Counted from the first letter of the stretch, positions 37,501 through 50,365 are shown. The stretch is 64,000 bases of DNA from Hemiscyllium ocellatum (GCF_020745735.1 NC_083419.1:73734096-73798095), one strand, 5' to 3'. Numbers and translations are program-made. Notes: generated by a model from the sequence alone, not told the origin.

Positions 37501-40155
37501 GGAGTGCTGCACTGTCAAAGACTCAGTACTGAGGGAGTGCCGCACTATCAGAGGGTCAGTACTGAGGGAGCGCTGCACTGTCAGAGGGTCAGTACTGAGG
37601 GAGTGCTGCACTGTCAGACGGTCAGTATGGGGGTATGCTGCACTGTCAGAGGGTCAGTACTGAGGGAGTGCTGCACTATTAGAAGGTCAATACTGAGGGA
37701 GTGCTGCGCTGTCAGATTGTCAGTATGGAGGGTGTGCTGCACTGTCAGAGGCTCAGTACTGAGGGAGGGCTGCACTGTCAGAGGGACAGTACTGAGGGAT
37801 TGCTAAATTGCCAGATAGTCAGTCCTGATGGATCACCGCATTGTCGGACAGACAGTAGTGAGGAAATGATGCATTATCAGAGTGTCAGTATGGACGGAGC
37901 ACCACAATGTCAGAGGTTCAGTCCAGACTGAGTGCTACACTGTGAAAGAGTCAGTACTGAGGGAGTGCTACACTGGGAGAGCACTGAGGGATCTCTGCAC
38001 TGTCATAGAGTCTGTAATGAGGGAGTGCTGCACTGTCAGAAGGTCAGTACTGAGGGAGTGCTGCATCATCAGAGGTCAGTACCGAGGGATCAATGCGCTG
38101 TGAGGGGTTCAGTACTGAGGGAGCACCAAGCTATGTGACGGACAGTCAGTACATTGCTAAATGGTCAGGACAAAGGCATTGTTGGACTATCAGCGATGCA
38201 GGATCGAGGCAGTGCAGCACGGTCAGAATGTCAGTACCAAGGGAGTGCTGCCCTGACAGGGCATGTGTATTGAGTGAGCAGCATATTGTCAGAGGATCAG
38301 GACTGAGCATGAGCTGCACTGTCAGTGGGTCAGTACTGAGGGAGTGCTACACTGTCAGAGAGCACTGAGGGAGCAGTGCACTATCAGAGGGTCATTACTG
38401 AGGGAGTGCTGCATTGTCAGGCAGTCAGAACTGAGAAAATGCTGTTGTGTGGAAGCATCATTTCCGAGGGAGTGCTGCAGTGACGAACAATCAGTACTGA
38501 GGGAGTGCCACACTGTCAGATTTTCAGTACTGTGGGAGTGCTGCACTGTCAGAGGGTCAGCATTAAGGTGCCATTGTGCTGTCTGAGGGTCAGTATTGAG
38601 GGAATGCTGCATTATCATCGATCAGTACTAAGGGAGCACTGCACTGTAAGTGGGTCTGTAATGAGGGAGTGCTGCATTGTCAGAGTGTCATTACTGAGGG
38701 AGTACTACACTGTGAGAGAGTCAACACTGAGGGAGATCTACAATGTGAAAAGAGCACTGAGGGAGCACTAGAATGTCAGAGGATCAGTGCTGAGTGTGTG
38801 CTGCACTGTAAGAGGGTCAGTACTGAGAAAATGACGTTGTGTCAGAGCATCATTTCTGAGGGAGTGCTGTAATGTCAAAGGATCAGTACTGCGGGAGTGC
38901 TGCAATGTCAGAGAGTGAGAACTGTGGGATCACTGCGCTGTCAGAGGGTCAGTACTGAGGGAGTGCTGCACTGTCAGAGGGTCAGTACTGTGGGAGTGCT
39001 GCAATGTCAGAGAGTCAGCACTGTGGGATCACTTCGCTGTCAGAGGGTCAGTACTAAGGGTGTGCTGCACTCTCAGTGGGTGATTATGGGGGGCGTGCTG
39101 CACTGTCAGAGGGTCAGTGCTGAGGGAGTGCTGCACTGTCAGAGGGTCAATGCTGATGGAATGCAGCACTGTCAGAGGATCAGTATGGAGGGTGTGCTGC
39201 ACTGTTAGAGGATCAGTACTGAGGGTGTGCTGCACTGTCCGAGGATCAGTACTGAGGGAGTGCTGCACTGTCAGAGGGTAAGCATGCGGGTGTGCTGCAC
39301 TGTCAGAGGGTTAGTACTGTGGAGTGCTGCACTGTCAGAGGGTCAATGCTGAGGGAGTGCTGCACTTTCAGTGGGTCAGTATGGGGTTGCGCTGCACTGT
39401 CAGAGGGTCAGTGTGGGGGGTGCGCTGCACTGTCAGAGTGCCAGTACTGAGGGAGTGCTGCACTGTCAGAGGGTCAATACTGAGAGAGAGCTGCATCATC
39501 AGAGGTCAGTACTGAGGGAGTGCTGCACTGTCAGAGGGTCAATACTGAGGGAGAGCTGCATCATCAGAGGTCAGTACTGAGGGAGTGCTGCACTGTCAGA
39601 GGGTCAGTACTGAGAGAGTGCTGCATCATCAGAGGTCAGTACTGAGGGAGTGCTGCACTGTCAGAGGGTCAGTACTGAGGGAGAGCTGCACTGTCAGAGG
39701 GTCAGTAATGAGAGAGTGCTGCACTGTCAGAGGGTCAGTACTACGGGAGTGCTGCACTGTCGGGTCTGCACTGAAGGATCATTGCGCTGTCAGAGGGTCA
39801 GTACTTAGGGAGTGCTACACTGTCAGATGGTGAGTAGTGAGGGTGTGCTGCACTGTCAGACGGTCAGTACTGAGGGAGTGCGGCACTCTCAGAGGGTCAG
39901 TACTGAGGGAGTGCTGCTCTGTTAAGGGGTCTGTAATGAGGGATTGCCGCAATGTCAGAGGTTCAATATGGGGGCTGTGCTGCACTGTCAGAGGGTCATT
40001 ACTGAGGGAATGCTGCATTGTTGGAAGTCAGTTCTGATAGAGTGGCACACTGTTAGAAGGTCATAACTGAGGGAGCAGTGCACTGTCAGTGCAACAGTCT
40101 GGGGGAAACCTGCATTGTAAAAGAGTCAGTACTGATTGAATGCCACACTATCAGA
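31553..40155. repeat. 33-bp tandem minisatellite/satellite, ~8.6 kb (~260 units)
   Basis: Consensus GTCAGTACTGAGGGAGTGCTGCACTGTCAGAGG, with diverged variants and multi-unit blocks that recur. Confidence 0.95.
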
Positions 40156-40789
40156 TGGCCTAACTTCTGCTCCCATGTCTAGTAGTCTAAGAGGAATATG
40201 TGAAATTGTTCAGTACATTTTTGCCTCTCATTCGTACAACCCCTGCTCAGCAATTCCCACGTCCAGATTCCAGAGACTGTGTTCAAACAGTCTTCAATTG
40301 GTTATTGAACCTGAAGAGATTCCACCCTCTTTTCCCAGGGTTAGAGCTTTTGTTTTGCGTGTCTGACCTGCCAGCTCAAAGGGATATTTTCATGCCGCAG
40401 GGCTGAGGTTTATTCCTCGGCTTCCATGTACTCATTCCGAATGAATCCCACTAAACCACACTCAGCACGGTCGTGTGTTCATTATTTCTGATCTTCCCAA
40501 GTTAATCCACGCCCAGACTGACATCCCACACTTCTCCAACTTGCATCACAGGCTATTTGCCTGGGAGAGAGGAGTGCCAAGAGAGGAAATGAAGATCTGA
40601 AAGGACTTTACAGTGACATTACGGGTAAACTGATAATGACAGAAAGAGTAGGTTGTGGAACACAGTGACAAGTTGTGCATGGACTCAGAGGCTACAGTGA
40701 ATGGATGCATTATGTCGGTGCTCATTGGGACAGGATTGATATGAAATCGTGGAGATGCTCTGTGATACAATTAAATGAATCAGCATATC

Positions 40790-40823
<34 letters not shown>

Positions 40824-40829
40824 TGGTTC

Positions 40830-41860
40830 TGAGTGGTGTGGCCTTCTTAAAACCCGATAAATGTCCAAAGACGGTAGAAATGTATCTCAGTTTACCGAAC
40901 GAGTGATGGAGGAAGTAGCAAGTACACTTGCAAACATTTTCAAATCCCCTCCGACCACAGGAGAGGTGTCGTCGGACTGACCATGTGGTACTGTTATTCA
41001 AGAAGGAGCATGTGATATACTAGGCAACTATAGGCCAGTCAGGCTAATATCGTGGGTGGGACATCTGATGGAAGCAATTTTGGGAAATAGAATTAATCAG
41101 CATTTAAAGAGACTGGAGTTTATGAAGAACAGTCAGAATGGTTCTATAAAGGGGAGCTCAGGTCTGACCAACGGGATTGCATTTTTTTAGGAGGTGACCA
41201 GGCCCAGGTGTGCAAATAAGGTCAATAATTTCCTGTTGTCTTGGAGGCCAGTAAGGCATTTACCAGGACCCATGCTGGAAATTGATGGTGAACGTAAAAA
41301 CGTAAGATCCAAGGAATTTAGCAGATAATGCTGAGTGGCAGGAAACAGACAGTGATGATCCAGTTGGCAATCTCTGTCTGTTCATGTCTCACAGAAGTTA
41401 CTGTTGGGGGTCTTGCTGATGTGGCTGAGAGACAAGTTTTAGATTTGAAAGGTGGAGGGTTAATCATTGGGTTCATGAACGATCTGAAGATTGGTGTGGT
41501 GATAAATACTGAGGAAGATAGCCTTAGGTTACAGAAGGATGGAGATGGCCTTGTCAGATGGACTGATCAGTGGAAATGGGTGAGGTGCCTGAAGACTGGA
41601 GGGTGATTAATGATGTGCCATTATTGAAGTAAGGCTAGAAGGAATAACCATTGAACTATGGAGCTGTGAGCCTGATGGCAGTGGTGGGTAAGCTGTTGGA
41701 GGGCATTCTGAGAGACAAGTTACATGCATTTGGAAAAGCAAGAATTGATTAGGCATGGTCAGCAAGGCTTGTGGAAATCGTTTGTCTAACTTCATTGAGT
41801 TTTTGAAGCGTTGACCGAAAAGATGGATGAGAAGTTTTCACATGGGAGACTGCTTAGTAA
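40830..41860 (+). mobile_element. Degraded CR1 RT fragments
   Basis: ggcaactataggccagtcagg (GNYRPV) and related motifs. Confidence 0.65.
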
Positions 41861-41891
41861 AAGGTTAGATGACATGACACCCAGGGAGAGA

Positions 41892-42196
41892 GGACAGCGC
41901 GGTGCCTCAGTGGTTACCACTGCTTCCTCACAGCACCAAGGACGCAACTTTGATCCGAGCTCCGACGACTGTCTTTGTGGAGTTTACAAATTCTCCCTGT
42001 AACTGTGCGTTTCTTCTGGGTGCTCCGGTTTCTACCAACTATCCAAAGATGTGCAGCTTAGGTGGGGTGGCCATGGGAAATGCAGAATTACTGGGATAGA
42101 ATAGAGAGTGGGAGTGTAGATGGGATGGTTTTCAGATGGTTGGTGTGGACCTGATGGACTGAATGGCTTGATTTTACACTGTAGGAATTCTATGAT
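41892..42196 (+). mobile_element. Older HE1/V-SINE-like SINE
   Basis: cggtgcctcagtggtta head, V core ctgggtgctccggtttc, ttctatgatt tail. Confidence 0.8.
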
Positions 42197-42834
42197 TAAT
42201 CCTGAGACCCAATAATGTCTGAGGACCAGGGCTCCAATCTTGGACTGCACTGGATGCGAGTCCTTACAGTCTGAAGGGGTTTGTAGATGAACGTTGTGTG
42301 AAGGGTGGGCTAGGCTGTATTCTGAGGTGTTGAGGGTGTGAATGTTTTAAGGAGGTATTGTCTGAGGGACGCTGGGGTTAAACACAATAGAGTGGTGCTT
42401 TCCGAGGTATGAGGGAGCACTATCTGACGGTACAAGGTGCAGAATTTCGAAAGGTACAGATACACCTCCCTGATCATTTCCTCAGGGTCCGCACGGAAAG
42501 CTGATTTTGTAATTTGGGTTGGAGGCTCTTTTTAGAAGGTTCAGATCTTTTTAAACAATCAGTGAAAGATAACATCACCATGTGTCTTCAAAATGGATTG
42601 GAGGAAAACTGTTGTCAATCTATGGTCACTTGTTGCTTGGAGATGCTTCATAAAAACAGGCACCCAAACAGAACAACGCCATCGATGCAAGAAGTGGTGC
42701 ACGGGAAGATCCAACAAGTCATTTGCAGTTGCTGTCTGTCTGCCTAGAGCAGTCATCATTCGAGATCAGGGTACAATCCCATGAGAAATAATCTCTCCAT
42801 CATACCTTCCTCCACATTTGTACAGTAATTGTGG

Positions 42835-43110
42835 TTTGTGTGTGTTTCTCTGAGAGAGAGAGAGACAGAGAGTGAGTGTCTGTCCGTGTGCATGAGAGAG
42901 AGAGTGCATGTGTCTGTATCTCTGTATGTCTGCATGTGTGAGAGAGGGATTATGTGTTTGTGTATGTGTCTGTCTGAGTGTGTGTTTGTGTGTGTGTGAG
43001 AGAGAGAGGAATATGTGTGTGTTTGAGTGAGTGAGCATGTGTTTGAAAGAGAGAGTGTGTGTTTGTGTGCATGTGTTTGAGGGAGTGTGTATGTGTGTGT
43101 GTTTGAGGGA
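42835..43110. repeat. Compound (TG)n/(GA)n microsatellite
   Basis: Direct inspection. Confidence 0.9.
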
Positions 43111-43399
43111 GTGTGGTGTGAACTAGCCAGTCTTATGGTGTGCCCAGCTCCTGTTTCAGGTGAATTTGTCCTTGTGTCTCCAAAGACACAAAATCTGTAA
43201 CGGTGGCTGAACTGGGGTAAAGAGAGTATTGTTCATTCCAGTGGGAATTCATCCAGTAAACCTTCTCTGAACTGTTCCTCACACGTTAACATCCCTCTCG
43301 CAGTACAGTGACCAATCCTGCACACAGTGCTTCAGCTGCAACCCAACGTAATGTCACCGTAGACTTACCAGAGCATGGGGCATCTCCTCATTAGAAAGC

Positions 43400-43552
43400 G
43401 GTGTCTGGATCAGAGGGTCAGCATGGCCCCAGCTGAGGGGAGATGTTGGCAAGGAGAGTCTTTCAGGGTAACCCCAGCTGGTGTGGGAAGTGAACCCATG
43501 CTGTTGGTTTTACTCTGCATTGCAAACCGACTGTTTAACCAACTGAGATAAC
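43400..43552 (-). mobile_element. Second tRNA-derived SINE family fragment
   Basis: Minus strand tatctcagttggttaaa...ggtttgcaatgcagag...gggttcacttccc (A/B-box-like head). Confidence 0.6.
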
Positions 43553-44161
43553 TTACTTCACTCCAGGGGCATACCCTGTATAATCCAATCAGAGCCAGCC
43601 TGCACCTCAATAGGAGCCAGGAACAAGGCCATTCGGCACCACTTTAACCCAGAAGGGAGAGCACAGGAAGCTGATGAAGGAAACAAGCCCCTCCCGCGTG
43701 GCCTTCTGAAATGGAGCTGGAGGACAGAGCATATCTGGCCAGCTGTTTGCTTCGCCGGAACTGGCCTGCTCCACCTTACATTGAGAACCTGGAGATTTCA
43801 CTTCTCACTCAGAGGCTGCAACTCCAATCCAGATTGGTTCCCTCGGTGACTCACGGAAGAGTGCAGCACTCTACAGATCAGGCCCTTGTATAGTTATAAT
43901 CTCCAGTGTGGGGACCAAGAGCTGTGAGATAGCATTAAGAATATAACACCATCCGAAATAAGAACACGAGGAGGACATTCAGCCCCTCCAGCCTGCTCTG
44001 CTATTCAATACGATCATGGATGATTTAGCATTTGATTTGGGAGCTGAAACCAGTACAATACAAAGACAGAGAAAACAAATTATTCTGCCATGAGGAATCA
44101 TCAGAGAGAATGAACATATATATACACACACACACTGACACACACGAACTGTGGGATTCAG

Positions 44162-44194
44162 GTTGTCCATGGCAACTTTACCACAAGGGGGCGT
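44162..44194 (+). promoter_or_regulatory. Adjacent RFX X-box and CTCF motifs
   Basis: GTTGTCCATGGCAAC (44162-44176) and CCACAAGGGGGCGT (44181-44194). Confidence 0.45.
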
Positions 44195-44454
44195 TGTCTA
44201 CACTGAGGAGAGACAAAGGTGCAAAATGCTCGAGAGGGGGCAGCTGCACAGTCTGATCCCAACGATTTCACTGCTTCCCACTCCCATGACTGCTTTCATG
44301 TCCATTTCTGTGTTCCCAGTTCACTGTCCCACGTCATTCCTTCAATTCCTATCTCTCAACATATTTCAAATTTCTGCCCTATTGACATTTCCCTGTAGAT
44401 TCCCTTCCTACAACACTCTGCCCCTTTGTCACCGCACCATGTTTTTCAGGAATC

Positions 44455-44650
44455 CTTTTTTTTTTAAAGATATTTTTATTAGAAATTTAATCTTTTGACA
44501 GATTTACAAAAATAAACAGAACTTTCAAGCACAAACATTAATATAAAAATAGATCTTAAATATATAATCATCAAAATTCAAAGGAATGATACTAAAGAAG
44601 AAAGAAAAACAATGAAACTCAGTTAACTACTAATCTAATCAATCTTCCAC
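44455..44650 (-). mobile_element. Polyadenylated retroposon 3' end (L1/Tx1-like)
   Basis: Minus strand AATAAA followed by a poly(A) run; AT-rich 3' UTR-like body. Confidence 0.6.
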
Positions 44651-44795
44651 AAAACCAACTCCTTGCTCATCTCTCTCTGCATCTTTCTCTCAGCTCTGTG
44701 GGATCTTGTTATTCTTGTCTGTACAACATTCTCACTGCATCGCAGCAGCTCCCCCCATCCCCCACTCTTTCAGCTCTATCTCTCTGCTGTTGCAA

Positions 44796-44800
<5 letters not shown>

Positions 44801-44868
<68 letters not shown>
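44801..44868. repeat. Perfect (CT)n microsatellite, ~34 units
   Basis: Direct inspection. Confidence 0.97.
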
Positions 44869-44871
<3 letters not shown>

Positions 44872-46011
44872 CTATGTCTCTCCCTGGGATTTCTCTCTTG
44901 CTGTCTGTCTGACCTTCTGTCCCTGTCTTTGCCTCCCCTTTTTCTCCTTGTATCTGTCTGACATTGCATTTATCTTCCTCGGATTTTACTCTCTTTTTCT
45001 CTCCCCCCCTCTCTCTTGCTCTCTTTCAGTTCTTCTCACTTTACTTCCCCCCACCCCCCCCGTCTGCCTGTCTTTCTCGTGTATTCTCCCTCCCTCTCAC
45101 TGTCTGTCTATTCCTCTCTCTTTCTCTCCTGTAGTTTCTCTCTATCTTTCTCCCTAGACTCCTGTCCCAGTAACTGGGGAAGTGACATTGGGAAGAGTTT
45201 GCCTCTGTGCCGCTGGATGCTATACAGTTAATGCAGGGTGATCCAACTTTTCCTGGTCTCTGCTGGGTTTTACACAGACGGTGGGGACAAGGTGAGTGTA
45301 AGGGACTTAAAGTACTTTTCTCATTGAGTCTGAAGTCGAGGAAAAGAGAAGGGGAGGGTGACAAAAAGAGAGAGCGGGAGACATGGAGAGAATGGGGGTG
45401 GAGAAAGTGAGGAGAGAGAGATGGGCAGTGAGAGACAGGGAGACGGAGAGAGTGAGGGAAGGACGGAGTGAGAGAGACAGGGAGAGAGAGAAGGACACAT
45501 ATGGAGGGAGAAGGACAGTGTGTGTGACTGGGGAAAGTTGCAAAGTGGGATCTAGTTGTGCATTACAGCAATCAGTCAAAAGGCGAGTTAGTCTCTGCAC
45601 CATGTTCTCCAGCCCAGGGGCTGTGAGCCTGCATGGGAAAGGAGGAGAGTGGGAGACAAGGGGGGATTGGGACAGTCAGAGACAGGGGGAGTGTTTGGGG
45701 ATTTGGGGTTGGTGAGAAAGGATGGGTTGTTGTCAGAGAGAGATGGAGGGAGGGATCGCATATGATGCAAAGTCTGAGACAGCGTGGAGAACAGGCGTCC
45801 ACAGAAAGGAGAGTCAATGAGGCCATTCAGCGGCCAATTCCTGACGTCCCTGAATAGGACCAGGATCATTTAATGTGGAAGGGGCGATAATGGGCAGAAA
45901 GGACTCTATTTGTGATGCAAACCTTCTGTAATTCTGGGAATGGGATCTTGCTGTATATTAAAACACTCACAGGCCAGTCAGTCAACCCAGACCCATTTAC
46001 CTGTATGAGAA

Positions 46012-46140
46012 AGTGAGGACTGCAGATGTTGGAGAGTCAGTGTTACAAAGTGTGGAGATGGGGAAGCTCACCAGGTTAGGCAGGAGAGTCGATGGTTCAG
46101 GCCGGGCCTGCTGTGCTTTTCCAGCTCCACACTTTTCCAC
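46012..46140. mobile_element. Degraded fold-back PLE-end insertion
   Basis: gagaaagtgaggactgcagatg... then the inverse arm cctgctgtgcttttccagctccacac. Confidence 0.6.
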
Positions 46141-47328
46141 TCAATTCCCTCTGCCACACGGAGTGGGGCTCACAGCAACGATGGGGTGGGGCAGCAAAAT
46201 ATTCGAGGGGGCACAGTTAGTGAGGCAGTTACTTGGGAGGGAAGATATTTGGGGAAGGGGATAAATTTGAGAGGAGTGTGAAAATGTGCGGCAAAATATT
46301 TTGAGTGTGTTGAAAATTGGGTGAGCACTTTCAGGTCTGAAATAGGGAAATAAAAGAGAAAGGGAGGTGAGAAAAAGAGGGAGAGATGGAGAGAGTTAGG
46401 ATGGAGATGGGGGATGAAAGAATGTTGGGCAGAAAGAGACAGGGAGAGGGAGACAGTGAGAAAAAAGGCAGAGTCTGAGAGAGAGAGAGGGAGACAGAGA
46501 GACAGGCAGAGAGCGAAGGACAGAGAGAGGGAAGAAGGGTTGTCAGACTGAGACAAAGAGGAGTTAAAGCATGGGGAGACTGAAGGGGTGACTCTCATTA
46601 TTCCAGTTAGTTACAGCTCTCTCTCTCTCTCTCTCTATCAATAGTTTTCCACATTCACTCTCTCCCATGCTTCTGGGGTTTACTTCCGCCTGACTTTCTA
46701 TCTCTCCCTCTTTCCCCACCACCCCACCCCCACCCCTCCCCCTCCCTCTCTCTCTCTGGTTCTGTCTTTGGGTTTGCAAACCTGCTTTCTTTCTGTCTGT
46801 CTCTTGTCATGCTGGTCTCAGATGGCCTCCAGAAGATTGAAGACATCAGTCTTTGTTCATTTTGTTCATTTCTGGATGCTTTTCCAGAAAGTTCTGTAGT
46901 TCTGGCCAATTAGGAGAATCGGTTAATAGTTTGAAGCACTTCCAACCATTTGGATGGATTGTTGCTGTTAGTTTCTTTGTGTAGCAGGACCCGGTGCCTT
47001 CCTTTGTCGGCCCTCCTTTGTTTTGTGGAGACGTTCTTCGGTATATCTCTGCCCAGGAGAACTGTTGCCTTTTACATTATGCTGATGACATGACCGCTTG
47101 GCTGCTGTGTTTGCACTGTGCCTGGTGTGTGGGTTTTGTGATTTGGGAGATTTACTTGGCCAATATACCTTGGCTGTCTATCTGTGTTTTAGCCAGGAGG
47201 TTGTGACATTTCCCCCAACTCATCGACTTAGATGGAAAGAAGCTTATACAATGAATTGCAATGTTATACAATGCTTATACAATGCCATTGTCAGAGTATC
47301 CAACTGTCTGACCAAAAGCAATGATGTA

Positions 47329-47949
47329 TGTTATAAATAAGAAACGTAGTTTTCTGCAGGCGATATAGAAATGTAATTGTTGTAAGTGCGAGTGGAGTAT
47401 AATTTCTGTAGATAGGTGAGGTGTGAGACATTATACAAACGGTCATGGAATTCTTGTAACATGTAGTATACTTAAGGCTGACACTTTAATGAATAAAGGG
47501 GGTCTTTTAAATAAGTAGTTTTAAAGAAAATAGTTTTAAGCTAGGAAATAACTATGGAGTATTGTAGCTGACCACAAAAGAAGAAGTAAGGGTATTTTCA
47601 CAATAAAGCTTATAGTAGCAGAACAAGGAAAGCAGACATCCAAGGACACGGACAGCCTGGTACATAGATAAGGAAAGAGAAAAACAAGTGAAGTAATTAT
47701 CTTCAGGTTAGTCTCAAGTAAAGGCCAAATAAGGGAATGAAATGAAATAAATGATTATGATAGGGTACGAATCGGGAAAGGGGATGTGAGCCTGCAACAC
47801 ACAAACTGTATAAAAATGATTGCATAACTGATATCTTTGCACTTTTTGCCAGGCTAGCTGGATACCCGGACTTGCAAGTTCTTAATAAATTTACCTTGTT
47901 TCCATGGCTTTGTCTCCGGCTGATTTATAAGTGAGTTTTGTTTCTAACA
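47329..47949 (+). mobile_element. ERV LTR1
   Basis: TGTTATAAA...TTTCTAACA ends, TATAAAA 47809, AATAAA 47884, followed by a PBS. Confidence 0.75.
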
Positions 47950-47952
47950 ATT

Positions 47953-47971
47953 TGGGGGCCTCGACCGGGAT
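47953..47971 (+). other. Primer binding site, tRNA-Pro-like
   Basis: TGGGGGCCTCGACCGGGAT versus canonical Pro PBS TGGGGGCTCGTCCGGGAT. Confidence 0.85.
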
Positions 47972-48448
47972 ACAAAACTCCGACCACTCAACACTCTTGG
48001 GATGAGGTGGGGAGGTGCACCTCGCCGATGTCGGCGATCTCCTACACACTTGTTTGCCACCTGCGGTTTGGGTGAGTAGGATCCGGACGGGCAGCCCTGG
48101 AAACAAGGAGGGGTTTTGCAGTGACAATAAGAGCTGTGGGGTTTTGCAGTGACCAAAAGAGCTGCAGATATTGCCGCACAGGTTAGGAGCCAGCTGCGAC
48201 CAGGTAACTCTGTACACAGACCAAGGTAAGAAAATTCACCTTTAAGTATTACCTTGGTGGTCAGGATAACCTTAAATGGTCGGGAACGTATGAAAAGTAT
48301 GGGGAATTGGCAAAATCTGAATTAAAGCATATGTTAATGGACAACAGCCCGTGTCAGATGGGCTAGTCGGCGAAGGGCTACTGAGAGTGCACTTCGTAAC
48401 TAACTTATGGCCAGACGTCTAGAAAAATAGTCAAAAGTTAGAAGACTT

Positions 48449-48598
48449 NNNNNNNNNNNNNNNNNNNNNNNNNNNNNNNNNNNNNNNNNNNNNNNNNNNN
48501 NNNNNNNNNNNNNNNNNNNNNNNNNNNNNNNNNNNNNNNNNNNNNNNNNNNNNNNNNNNNNNNNNNNNNNNNNNNNNNNNNNNNNNNNNNNNNNNNNN
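48449..48598. other. Assembly gap (150 N)
   Basis: N run inside the ERV leader. Confidence 1.
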
Positions 48599-48789
48599 AA
48601 ATTTTAACCCTTTGTGATCTGGTTTGAATGCACATTTGTTTGTTGATGATTGAATGTTAACAGTTGAAGTCTCAAAAAGCATATAATTGGTCAAATTAAT
48701 CAGACGAGTACGGTGTCTAGTCAGGACACTGAAGGGGGTGTGGAAGAAGGTGACACAGGACCTCATTAAGATTAATTAAATTAACAACA

Positions 48790-49865
48790 ATGGGACGCAC
48801 GGGGAATTGCCTGTGTAACGATGATCTGTAAATAATGTTAAAGTGGAATATATTTCGCCCGATAGTCTTTGGGGAGAATGTTGGGTAATTTGGAACACCA
48901 CTCCAGCACGCGGGAGAAAGATAAGACTACAATGATAAAATATTGTTGTTTCGTTTGGACTAGAGAAAGTATTAAGGCGTCTGTTTTTTTTGGCCAAGTA
49001 TGGGTCCAATGTGGATTGGCTGTATCAAGATTTTAATATATATGTCAATCGAAAAGAACCTACAATCAAGAAGAGTCCGATTATGCGGCTTGTTGGATAG
49101 GGAGCGCAGGAGTAAAATTATGTTGCATGAATACGGAGGACTCATGGAAAGAACAAAAGAAAAGAATGAAAAAGTGAAGCCACAATGGGATCCCTTAATG
49201 TGTTTGCCGCTATCGTATACTACTCCCCAGAAAGAGCCTACAGCTCCCGAAGTAGAACCGAGTCCAGACATAGAAAGGGGAATGGACTCTGAACTAAAAG
49301 ATGCAGAACCTAGGGGGCTCACAATCACTCGAGCCACCACACGTAAAGGGAGGGCAGAGATAATGGAAAATGTAAAATTCTGTCCCTTACGTGAGGTTCC
49401 GATTGGGGAAGGTACAATCGGATATATAAATGCTCCCTTAACTGGCAGTGAAGTTCGGGTCTTTAAAAAGGAAATGAAAAGTTTAACATAAATTCTCAAA
49501 TGTTGATCCTCAATTGGGAAAATAATAACAGAGAAGATACGGAGTCAATGCGAGATCTCCGAGAAATGGTAATATTAGGAATTAAAGAGGCGACACCAAG
49601 ATCACAAAACTTTGTTAAGGCCTTTGAAGTATGGCAAGAGAAGGATGAAACCCCTTCTGCATTTCTTCAAAGGCTCAAATAGGCCACAAGGAAGTATTCG
49701 GGAATGGATCCCGATAATCAGGTTGCACAGGGACTCTTAAAGGTCCAATGTTTAACCAAATCATGGCCAGACATTCAAAAGAAACTAGAGAAATTAGAGG
49801 GATGGAGTGAAAAACCAATAGAAGAACTGCTACGTGACGCACAGATCGTGTATGTAAAAAGGGAA
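48790..49865 (+). pseudogene. gag: Class I (gamma/epsilon-like) ERV gag, copy 1, frameshifted
   Basis: MG start; MIKYCCFVW (MA-like); PTAP; PLREVP...GYINAPLTGSEVR; QEKDETPSAFLQRL (major-homology-region-like); KSWPDIQKKLEK. Confidence 0.85.
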
Positions 49866-49870
49866 GGCTG

Positions 49871-50305
49871 GCAGCTTTACAGAATCGAATGGCTTGAGAC
49901 TATCTTTTGGCCGAAAATGGGGGAACCGGTGCTCTGATTGGTAAGGAATGCTGCATCCCAGACACTTATTCCAGAGTGGAAGAAATAGTAAAGAAAAAGA
50001 TAAACAATATGAACTCCGAAAAGAAGAAGGACGGGATGGGGATGGGGTAACTGGAGATTGACCGGATGGGAAAATGGTTAGTGAATTTAGGCATTTATGT
50101 GCTAGTAATAATTGTAGGTTTGTTGATAGAGTTTAATATGTTAAAATGGATAATGAATAAGCTGGTTTATGTGCTAGTAATAATTGTAGGTTTGTTGATA
50201 GAGTTTAATATGTTAAAATGGATAATGAATAAGCTGGTAATGTCTTTGGAAGGACAACAACCAATCATGGTACAAACTAAAAGGACAGAAATGACTAGAT
50301 TGTGA
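49871..50305 (+). pseudogene. env: ERV env transmembrane-subunit remnant
   Basis: LQNRMA*DYLLAENGG (immunosuppressive-domain-like), GALIGKECC (CX6CC with the first Cys lost), hydrophobic membrane span. Confidence 0.85.
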
Positions 50306-50365
50306 ACATCGGCACAATAGGGTGAAAAGAGGGCAGAAAATAAGATTGCAAAAACAACAAATAGT

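Noticed and set aside
31730-40037. Dozens of Cys/His-rich ORFs (LHCQRVSTEGV, CCTVRGSVLRE, VQHSLSTDPLT repeats)
   Set aside because: They are by-products of a 33-bp (11-codon) satellite, open in several frames on both strands, with frequent stops and no domain signature
31553-40155. CRISPR-like array of ~33-bp repeats
   Set aside because: Units are contiguous with no unique spacers, there are no cas genes, and the context is eukaryotic
40273-40295. Hairpin AGACTGT-GTTCAA-ACAGTCT resembling a tRNA T-arm
   Set aside because: No A box, acceptor stem or Pol III terminator in register
46994-47206. ORF with GPPLF...HYADD resembling an RT active site
   Set aside because: No flanking RT motifs (no QG, no YINDL-like segment) and no supporting context; probably chance, and the segment remains unassigned
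48431-48766. ORFs spanning X runs
   Set aside because: Artefacts of the 150-N assembly gap
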